Assembly (NCBI GenBank): GCA_013265495.1
Contig: MU058844.1
Span: forward strand, 7,315,260 to 7,379,259
Origin: Vicugna vicugna
Lineage: Eukaryota
Reading direction: 5' to 3'
Length of the DNA stretch: 64,000 nt
Below are positions 53,560 through 64,000 of the stretch, piece after piece (the first letter of the stretch is position 1; each line of letters begins with the position of its first letter). Made by a program: the position numbers and the translations under genes. Below the pieces are notes generated by a model. That model was given only the letters and a program-made list of their open reading frames with translations. It made no database searches and was not told the origin of the DNA.

Positions 53560-56500
53560 GATGTCCTTTAATGAAGACATATTGATGGCAAATATCCTTG
53601 GTTTCTAAAAAATAAATTAATCACGCTCAGCTTAAATAATAGGTTAGCTGTTTTGACACAGTGTTTCTCAGTGCTCTGATGATGTTTCTACTTTTTTGTG
53701 GGTATTGTGGTTGCAGCTGAGAATCTGCTGTCAGTGTAATTTCTAGGTATTATGTCTTTTCTTAGATTGATTTTAAGATTATCTTTTAACTTCTGTGATC
53801 TTCATTTCTTATTACCTGTTTGGAATATATTGTGATTTCTTCATCTGGTTCAGGCATCAGATCAAAATATTCTCATTCTTTCTGTCATCGCGTTGTGTCT
53901 CTCCTCCTTTCACACCCTTCTCTCCTTTAAGATCGCCTATCAGAAGTAATTTTGGCCTTTCTTCATATCTCTTAATCTGTCACTTTTCCACCACTCCCCT
54001 CTTTGTGCTGCCTTCTGCCTAATTCCTATTCTGGATAATTCTTTCAGTTTACTACTTCTCCCTTCAATTCCAATTAATTTGAACTTTACTACTAATTTGA
54101 ACATCTACTATTAGATGTTGCATTTAATTTTAAAGCCTAAATATTTAATTCATGAGTGTTAGCTTTGGTTATTTTCCAAATCTGCCTGCTCCTGACTAAA
54201 AGAGCTTTCTCTTTTTTATTTTCAATTCCTTTTTTTATTTAATCACTTATAAATACTTTATAGTTTACTAATTTGTTTCGTGCCAACTGTGGTTACAGAA
54301 ATACAACTAACCCACAATATATCTGTGCCATATATTGCTTGTAAATATAAATGAGATCAGTCTGGTGTTTTGGGCTGAGTGGTCTTCCTTTGCCTGTTTG
54401 AGTAAATAATTTCCTTCAATATCTTGGATGCCCCTCCTCCAAACTCATACTGTCCTCTCTATTCTCCAAGGATGAAAAAAAAGAGAATGATGACTGCATG
54501 TTGGAAGTTTTTATCAACTACACCAAGCGACATACATCAGTTTTAGACACAACCCAAAGACCAGAACTTGGTCATGTGGACATAGTAGACTAGGAGGGAA
54601 TATTGGAAATGTAGTCACTTTATCTCTAAATCCAAGAGAAAGATGAAATAGGTTGGGAGAGCAGCTAGCCAGTCAATACCACATAGTCTCCAATCCTTCT
54701 GTTCTGCAGTTCTTGACAGATTAATCATGCTGTTTGTTTCTGTCTGCTGCTAACATTATGGTAGCTTGCTTCCTTCTATATGTTGTTGTTTTAGATTAAA
54801 AGATTATATTTAGTGAAGCTTTATCTCAGAAATCCTGTGTTGTCTGAGTTCCCAGACCTCACAAGTAACGTAGTATAAATATTAATACAAAATCCATGTG
54901 AATGGAAGCATGTGGTCAGAAAATGGCCCAGGGAATATTTTTTCTACACTATCCGCAGCCAAAACTGAAACCCACAATATTTCTTTTCATTTTCTATTAA
55001 AAGTGGGTATTTTTTTTTCAGTCCACATTTACACAGAGGGCAGAGACCCTTTGAAAGTCCAGGCTTTATTTCAAAGTCTGTTTCTCCAGTTCCCACATCC
55101 CATCTTGACACTACCTGCAGAGCCACACACACTCAAGCTCTTTGATTGTCAGTATCAACAAATGCCGTCAAGCGCAGTTGCAGCTTCAGTGCTCACTCTC
55201 TGCCCTCGTCTTCAGCTTACACTTTGTCCTCTGGACCTTTATCAGCCAAGCCTTTGGTCACCACTCTAGACATGCCTCCTAGCACAGCTGCTGCATCAGT
55301 TCTCACTTTTTACTCTAGCTTTCAATTCACTGTTTTGTTTTGGACCCAGGGTGTTGCACCTAAAATCCTGTATCCATTACAATAGTGTTTGCTATATTCT
55401 ATTCAACTTCCAAGTGTTTTGTCATAAGAGATTTCCAAAATTTCTTGTCATCTTTATTTCTGAAACAAGGTTTTGTTTTTTCTTGTATCTTCTTTCTCTT
55501 ACTTTCACTATATTTTAACAATTTCAATTAATATAATAGATCTAACAGTGTTGTAAATGTATACAGGATTATTAGTTGTTATGATTAGTCTCCTCCCAAG
55601 ATATACAAGATACTTATTATCTGTTACCTCCAATTACTCCACTTCCAACTGTCTTACATCTTTTTCTTTTCCGTAATGTTTCATATCTCCAAAATTTAGG
55701 TAAACTTTATTGGATTTACCCATATGTTTACAGATTCTTTGGTCAGTGTTTCATCTAGTATGCTACTCATTGCTAGTATGTAGACATTCCTTTCTCTTAA
55801 GATATTCTTAGTGAGTTTTTTTTAATAAATGTCTAGGAATGGAGGATTTTTACTAATTGTTTCTGTAGAAAATGGCTATTTCATGGCTATTCTTAATGGT
55901 AGTTTACCTGGCGTTGGAATTCTAGATTAATAATTCTTTTTTCTGAGCACCATGAATATATCATATTGTCTTTTGACATTTTGCTGATGTCAGGTTTAAT
56001 GTCAATCTGATTGTGTTTTTGTAACTATCATTCTTTTTCCCCAGGCTGTTTATAAGATCTCTGAAGTTTCCTTTAGAATAAATATTTCCTGGTATTGACT
56101 TACTGTTATTTATCCTTATTTGGAGATGATAATATATCTAGTATTTGAAAATTTATGATATTCTGGAATATTTTCAGTCATTTTCACATCATAAATTACT
56201 GCTATCCTTTTCTTAAAGAGAATTCATTAGAATATTTTAGACAATATAATTCTATCCCACAAGTCTCTTAAACCTCACATTTTTTTTATTCTTTTTCACT
56301 CTGGTCTGCATTCCACTTAGTCCTTTCTTCCAGTTAACCAATTCTATCTTCAGTCATCTCTAATTTGCCGTTTTATCCATGCAATATGTGTTAAATGTGA
56401 ATGATATTTTTATTTCTCAGTTTTTTTAACTTGCATCCATTGCCTCATGGTATCTTATCTTAAGATGTTCAGATTGTGCCTTCATTATTTAAAATATTAA

Positions 56501-56640
56501 TTTGACTATCTATCATAACACTTTCTAAATTCTTGGCATTCTAAACCTACATTTATTTGATATCCATTGCATTCAGTCTTGTTAGATTGTTTCATAATAG
56601 GCTTTGTAATTTTGTTTTTAGCTAATAATTTGTTGTGCTT
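53560..56640 (-). mobile_element. Ancient L1/HAL1 ORF1-region fragments, minus strand
   Basis: Reverse ORF1-like motifs 'gctgagaatctgctgtcagtgtaatt', 'tagtttacctggcgttggaattctagatt'. Several pieces, probably interrupted. Confidence 0.45.
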
Positions 56641-57104
56641 TATCAATAACCCAGAAGTCAAAGGGAAAACAAACAAACAAAGAACCTCTGGACAGTAGAG
56701 AGAGTAGATGGACTCTTCATCAAAGAACTGCCATTATGTACCTGGGTGTACTTCAGAATTTTTAGGGACCAATCATTGTTATATAACTTTTTTTTGCCAT
56801 ATTTTTATAAATAGGGTGTATCAGTAGAAGTTATCTATGCCCATATCATCATAGATATTACATATGTTTGGGAGAAAGGTGTGGGTCAGAGGAGAAAGAA
56901 AACTTATCTCTGCTTCACAGGTCTTCATATCAAGAGTAACTGTATCTGACTAAGTTCATCTGACCTGGATCTGATTTAGATTTTGAGATCTGGACCTTGA
57001 GCCTGAGCCTAATGCTATAAAGAAATATAATTTTTGAGGGGTCTAGGGAGAACTTAGGTATGTTTTTCAAGAGGGAGGAGTATGAATAATTTGTAGCCAA
57101 AATG

Positions 57105-57650
57105 CAGGCTGTCATATTTTAAAATATATCCACAAATTTTTTAACACATTTCTAACTGAAGGTAGTTTCTGTATTCCCTTCCTTTGAATCGTGGCTGATA
57201 TAAATAACTCCCTTTTAACAAATAGAATATAGTGGATGTGATGCTGCAGGACTTAGGAAGCTGTGCTATAAATGGCAATGTTGATTCTGACTTGTTCGCT
57301 AAGACACTTCATTTTGGAACCTTGAGGCCACCATATACAGGAGAAGCCCAAGTCATGTGGAAAGGCCACATGTTGGTGCCTCTCTGAACCTTAGCTAAGT
57401 TTCTAGACAACTGCCAAAATCAACCCACAGACATATACAGATTCTGTTTGAGTACAGCCATCAGCCATGGAGTCACCCCTACATGTCAAGTGGTTACAAA
57501 CCTAGGTCTCAGACATTATGCAACAAATAAAACAATTGTACCATGTTCTTTCTGAATTCTAAACCCACAGAACACATGAGTACATGAAAAGGTTATTTTA
57601 AGCCAGCAGTTTTGTGAGAATTTGTTATATAGCAATAGTAATGCTAATAG
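57105..57650 (+). mobile_element. MaLR LTR (MLT1 family)
   Basis: 'aacaaatagaatatagtggatgtgatgctgc', 'catgtggaaaggccacatg', 'ttttaagccagcagttttgtgagaatttgttatatagcaatag'. Confidence 0.75.
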
Positions 57651-60365
57651 GCTTGTAAATTTATATGTTTTATAAACTAAAAATTTGTAATGCTTTACCT
57701 TGAAGCTCTTGTGTAGCCTGGGTTTAGAGTTTGTGCTACTACAAACTGCAATTAATTTAGAGTTTAATTTTGTATTTATTTATCAACTAGACTCCTCCCA
57801 GGTCAAGTTGCGACACCTCAGCTGGAGCCCAAGAAAAAAACAATTTTTTGTTTTTTTATTTTTCTTGTTTGTAGGTGGATATTTTAGCCAATTTTTTCAC
57901 TGAAGGTCAGTTTTACGGTAGGAGTTTCATTTTTAAACATTGACCGTTCAGGGTCCCAATACAGAGTCCCTCTTTCTGTACGGGCAGTAAGTCCCAATCC
58001 TCTAGGTTATAGATAAGCTCCCATTCATCCTCATATACCCACTGACTTAGGGAAGCTGTAACACCAGCCTCGGGATCAGATGCTTACCAAGTTTGTTTTG
58101 AACTCTTTCTTTGTAGAGGAAGATAAATTGTGTTTTCCTTTGTGAGATCTCAATTATGCGTGCTTGGTATAATTTGTTGTGAATATCCATGTATTTATAG
58201 TGGGTTTTTCCGGTTATCAATTCATGCATATTGCTATTTCATATTTTATTTTTTGTTATGAATGAAAAATAGTACTATGCAAAAATATAAGAAGTGAAAC
58301 AATAAAAAGAATAGCAGGTATTAATTAATTAAAATCAACAAAGAAAGAGAGTCAACAAATGGGAAGTTGTATCTTTGAAAAGTTGGACATAGTTTAACAA
58401 ACTCTTACAAGAGTTGTCGGGAAAAAAAAACAGAAAAGGAACACAAAAGTTATTAAGAAAGAAAAAAGAGACATATTTTTGTGAAAATAATATAGAAACA
58501 ACGAATCATGGCAACAGTATGTAGTATATAATTTAAGTAGACAGAAATCAACAACAGGGAAAATTTATAATGTATTATTTATTTTAAATGACCAAGATAA
58601 AAAAACAAAATTATAATAAATTTGAAGCAGTGAGAAGGAAAGGGATGAAGATAAGGACATTCAAGATGTACATAATGTTCTACTATCATTAGGCTGTTTG
58701 ATGGATTCACAAGTATTCATAATATATTTTATATTAAATATTATACATATTCTGTTTTGTGTCTGAAATATTTCATAATGAAATTTCTAAGGGATAATTT
58801 TCTTAAAGGATAATAGCAGATTCCCTCAGTGAATCTATCTAACTGTATGAATACATTTATAGTCAATTCAGAATACATGATAATTATGTATCTTTTTAAT
58901 TAGATACCTAGCTTGCAGGTAGAAGAAAATGTAAACGCTTAAAGTTTGTGATTACTTACATTGCAAAAAACAACTTGTATCTTGAATATTTTATCTATGA
59001 CTGTTCCATCACACAACTTCTCTTCACTACTAAAGAGTTTTAATTAATTAAAGCAAAAACTTCCTCACTAAAACATAAATCATATTTTTATTAGGACAGT
59101 TCATATAACAAATATTCAACAGCTAGCATTTTAGTATAAGATGAAAACCTTATTTTAACATTTGATATTAACATTATTTAATATTTCTCTGTTCTGTTTG
59201 CTCAGGCAATTTCCTATGTGGTTTCAGTGGTCATTTTTCATTGTTCTTTGCTTGTCTTAATAGTCCTAAAAGGGGTTATGACATATTCAGTAAATTTGTT
59301 CAGGCCTTCAGCTATTCAAATAATGGAAAATATGCTTTGTAAAGCATAGGCTTGTTAGTCTTTGATTCTTTTTATGATTTAGACTGCTTTATGACTTTCT
59401 CTCAATAAAAACCATAAAATTAAAATGACCATGCAAGGGTTTATGAACCACCTCTGACCCAACGTGGTGAAGCTAATGGTAGCAAAATGGTTTCCTAAAT
59501 CTACAAAAATACCTGAAGGGAACTATTTTACAATATATGGGCAGACAGGAGGTCTAGGAAATCCATTTTTTGGGAAACCCCACATCTAGCAGTTACACAT
59601 AGAAAGTGTCAGTGTCCACAAATTATATTTTAAATATTGCCAAATGGATCCCAAATGACTTCTTAGCTATCATACCTTGGAGAGACAGGCCTTGGCAAAA
59701 ATTAAAGTGCAATTATTACAAAAATCGTGAACATTAATAGTAACTAGAACATTACTCAAGTTACATCTCTCACTGCACTTCTTTTCTAATCATAGAGACA
59801 AAAAATGAGTGATAAAAACATTGGATTGTTGAATTAAATGCCTCTCACCATTATTTCTTTCCTAAAAATAAAAATTATATTGTCTGAAGGATCTGAGTTT
59901 AGGAGAATGGAATTTATCTTCAAATTATTTTAACAAAATATTTTCTCTAAGCATCCTAATAGATTTAACTCTCTGCTGTATGTATTTTTATACAAAGGGG
60001 TTGAAACTTATGTATATTGCTCAATATATAAAAGTAAACAACACTTGTGACCTTGGAATTTTCATAGTCATTGGCTCTGTATCATCTTTTGAGGGAAGCT
60101 GAAATCAGAAGATTGAGAGAAAAAGGGAATACGGTATCACAATGAACTGATGCAGCCACTGTATTTGAGTGCTGTCTACAATATGGCTTTCAAATATTTT
60201 ATTATATTATTGTTAACTTGGTCTTTATATTATTTATTACCCTGGTCATTAGCAAGAAATCTCTGCCTATCAATGGCTTAAATGAATTGGGTTTTTTTTT
60301 TTTTTTATTACCTAACAAGGAGTGGTGATGGTAATAGCTAAAACAGCTCAATAATCTTTCAGGTA

Positions 60366-60855
60366 CAGGCATACCTCAGAGATATTGTGGGTTCAACTCC
60401 AGATCACTGCAATAAAGTGAATATCACAATAAAGTGAGTCACATGAATTTTTTGGTTTCCTAGTGCATATAAAAGTTATGTTTACACTATATGGTAGTCT
60501 ATTAAATGTACAATAATAGTATGATGTCTAAAAAATGTGCATACCTAAATTAAAAAATAGTTTATTGCTTTAAAGAATGGCATCATTGAACTTTCAGCCT
60601 GTCATAATGTTTTTTCAATAGTAATATCAAAGATCACTGACTATATCAAATATAGTAATAATGAAAATTTGAAATATTGTGAGAATTAACAAAACGTGAC
60701 ACAGTCATGAAGTGAGCAAATATGCTTTTGGGGAAATGGAGCTCATAAACTTGCTCAACACAGGGTTGCCAAAAACCTTTAATTTGTAAAAAAAAAAAAA
60801 AAAGCAATATCTGCGAAATGCAATAAAGAGAGTTCAATAAAAGTAGGTATGCCTG
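60366..60855 (-). mobile_element. Internally deleted Tigger1 (Tc1/mariner-pogo) DNA transposon, 490 bp
   Basis: Perfect 11-bp terminal inverted repeat caggcatacct/aggtatgcctg, with TA duplications at 60364-60365 and 60856-60857. Both arms match recalled Tigger1 ends. No transposase ORF. Confidence 0.92.
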
Positions 60856-61289
60856 TATTTTATTCTATTTTGTTTGTAACATCTAAATCAGGATCACAGG
60901 TTATTATTTTTAGTCTTTTTTTAATATACACATTAAGTGTTATGAGATCCTATGGAAACTTTTTGTTTTAGCCTACAAAATTTGATATTATGTGTTAAAT
61001 ATCATATATAGTCTCACTGTAATACATTAGAGGCGTGATATTTTTATTTAGCACTTAGAAGATAGTCTTCTTTCTTCTGCCATCTATATTTTGCTGAGAA
61101 GTCAACTACCAGTCTAACTAATATTCTTTTGCAGGCAATAGACTTTTTTTTTCTCTGAATACTCTTAAAATAGTCTTCTCGACTGTGATGCAATGAAGCT
61201 TCTATACAATTTGTTTTGCTTAAGATACGTTTGTTGGACTTTATGAGTCTGAGGCTTCATGGAAATACCATGACATCTTGCTTGAAGTC

Positions 61290-61690
61290 ATCTTCACTCA
61301 AGAGGTTGTGGATTACTTTGGCCAGCTGCCTGTAGGAAGCCTCACTCACTTACATGTATGGTACCTGAGTGAGGAGACTTGAACAGTTGGAGACTGGAAC
61401 AGCTGGGGCTCCTCAGTTAGCTCTCTATGGACACATGTGTTTTCTCCAGTTTAGAAACTTCAGGGTACTCATGTTTTTTATATCACAGCTTAGAGCTCCA
61501 AATGCACTTGTCCTAAGAGAGAGGGCTAGGTGAAGTCTGTTCCTTGTACGACCTCTCCTCAGAAGTCATGTAGCATCGATTGTCATGCTCTGTGACATAA
61601 AGTTTAAGAGATATATCCAGGTTTAAGGAGAGGGGATTTTTTGGAAGAGGATGCGAGACAGGATATAAATCGGTGAGGCCAAATTCAGAA
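61290..61690 (-). mobile_element. MaLR LTR fragment (MLT1 family)
   Basis: 'ggaacagctggggctcctcag', 'cctcagaagtcatgtagcatc'. Confidence 0.55.
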
Positions 61691-63395
61691 ATTACAGTAG
61701 AAGACAAAGCACAAGATAACATTTTGGAAAATTTCCTCGGCTATAGTTTATCTTGGAGAGTCAGGTCACATGGATATGAGCTCTGAACCCTCAAGAAAGA
61801 TATTTATGATTTCAAATTTCCAGGGGAGTCTCATTTCCAATTCTAGACGAAGACATATAAATTTTGTTTGTGGGTTGGATTTTGTCATGGTGGTGTTGGG
61901 ACAGTTTATCATTGCTGGTTAAGTTTATCATTTCAACAGACAGCTGTCCTCCTTTAGGTAGGGTTACCTATTTCAACCCCCAATCCTGCACTAATCAAAT
62001 TATAGACTCTTTTTCATCCTTCCACACCGTTTAAAACCTAAACCTGAAAGATTTTACCCTTGAAGAAGAGTGGAGTAATGACAAAAAGGGATCTTCTGGA
62101 GTTTTATAAATATTCTGTTTCTTGATATTGATTGATTAAACAGTTACATTCAATTTATGAAAACTGATGTGTACATTTATAATTTGTACACTTGTATGTG
62201 AATGCTATGATTCAATGCAGTTGAATGCAAAACAAACCAAAAAATGAACAAAAAGCTATGGATAACTGTAAATTCAAAAATGATTTCATAAAGCTTTCTT
62301 CTATTTCAGCCTTTTAATCCTTTTTATATAGAGTATTTTCATTTTCTAATCTACTCTATTACTAAAAATGAATGAATGGAAGTATAAAATTTTTCATCCT
62401 GAATTATTTTGAAAATGTCATTGTTTTTAATTTACCCAAATCTGACACCATTAAACTAGTACATTACCCCCATGAGAAGGAATAGAAAATTCAGAAAAAC
62501 TTTGCTCATATCAAAGGACAAGCCAAACTACATTTTGGTTTAAACTATCAATATTCATAAAGAATATTGTGTCCATAATAGAAGCAGGATTGTCATCACA
62601 TTAAAATCAAAGGCTGGATCTCTTATTTTTAAAAATAAAGAGGAAATTAGATCTCCCAAAAGAATAAGCTGGAAAAGAAAGTTTACCATTTCTATTTGTA
62701 TAATTTACAAAATAATTTCAAAGAAAGTATTTGATTTTAGACTTATACAAAAATGTGTGTTATAGATCTTATGACCACAGTTACCTTATTGGTGAAATAT
62801 TTCCTACTACCTCTAGGTAAATACCTTACATTGTCTCTGGTTTGATCTCTGGGATCTTATTTACATTAATATTTAATTACCATTGTTGTTAATTTCATAC
62901 CAAACACATGTAGGACTTACATGTGGAGCTCTGAATCTACAGGCACTCCAACAGCAAACTTGCAATCACTTTATTTAACAGCATTGCACTGAAGGAGAAA
63001 GTTCATAACCCATTTGGCTTTACCAGGGGTGAGGCTGCTAGCCCTGCCCTAAATTGACTTTCAACTCACCCCAGTTCAAACATTAGCACCTTGAAGGCCT
63101 CCCCCCAAATACAGGGAACGATGTTTTGGTTCTTGAATTTTTATTACTCCTTTGGAAATTTAGACTGCATGTAGGTGTTAGGGGAAAATTTTTAAACTTG
63201 AATTTGTTTAACTAGTCAACAAATTTCTGAATTCCTCTTGTATGCCAGGTTCCACCCTAAGTTATAAATGTACAAAGATTGCTAAGACATAACCCCTTGC
63301 CTTCAAAGAACTCATGGGATTGTTTTTTTTTATTTTAATACAGGATCATTCAGAAAATAAACCTGACAAAATACTTAGTTAAAAAGACATCCCCT

Positions 63396-63876
63396 GTACC
63401 TATAACTCTGTTTCAGTTTTGTTATACTTGTACATTTGTTTTGGTTTTTAGATCCTAAATATAAGTGAAATCATACATTATTTACCACACAGTATTTGGT
63501 GGTCGCCAGAGGGGAGGAAGGTAGGGGGAGGAAAGAAATAGGTGAGGAAGATTAAGAGGTACAAACTTCTAGTTGCAAAGTAAGTGAGTCATGGGTATAA
63601 AATGTATGTGTGGAATATAGTCAGTGACTATGTAATATATTTATATGATGACATATCATAACTAGACTTATCACGGTGATCATTTTGAAATGTATAGAAA
63701 CAGCAGATCACTGTGTTGTGTAACAGGAACTAACATAGTGTTGTAGGTCGGTTATACTTCAAAAACAAAAGAACTCATAGAAAAAGAGATCAGATTTGTG
63801 GTTACCACAGGTGGCAACTCCCGGAGGTGGGGGATGAGGGAAAGGGGAATTGACTCTTTTTTTTTTTAATTAAAAA
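63396..63876 (+). mobile_element. LINE-1 3' UTR with 5' inversion (twin priming)
   Basis: 63396-~63483 is reverse-complement L1 3' UTR, and forward L1 3' UTR runs from ~63495. TSD aaaaagacatcccct (63381-63395) / aagaagacatcctct (63877-63891). Confidence 0.85.
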
Positions 63877-64000
63877 AAGAAGACATCCTCTTTTCTATCC
63901 ATGACTCCTTTAGTCTTTTTCATTCTTCAAAAAGAATAAGAGACAATTAAACATAGGTGTAAATGTTTGTGTGGTGGTTGCGACTGCATGCATTAATCTT

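Noticed and set aside
1..64000. The short ORFs in the supplied track as host genes
   Set aside because: All are 127 aa or shorter, many start at non-ATG codons, they are biased to F/L/I/K as expected of AT-rich DNA, and most lie in repeats. Only the L1 ORF2 fragments are recognisable.

Overview
AT-rich, CpG-poor mammalian non-coding DNA (gene desert or large intron), very probably from a camelid (alpaca/camel), judged by a Vic-1-type tRNA-derived SINE. I find no intact protein-coding gene. The only ORF-track entries with recognisable protein similarity are decayed LINE-1 ORF2 fragments; the rest look like noise. The window is a mosaic of old L1 (L1M-type), L2, MIR, MaLR/ERVL LTRs, two younger ERV1-like solo LTRs with 4-bp TSDs, a MER21-like LTR and an internally deleted Tigger1. 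The most unusual items are: (1) a TSD-flanked, tailless 5'-half tRNA-Cys retrocopy ending exactly at the anticodon (13253-13290); (2) an essentially perfect 367/366-bp tandem duplication (2333-3065); (3) a solo LTR carrying a ~23-bp-period CCAAT array plus two octamer sites (36467-37052); (4) two twin-priming inverted L1 insertions; (5) a young L1 tail inserted at the deletion junction of an older L1. I see no evidence for a new multi-gene system. Repeat family names come from recall of consensus sequences, not from a search, and boundaries of old repeats are approximate.
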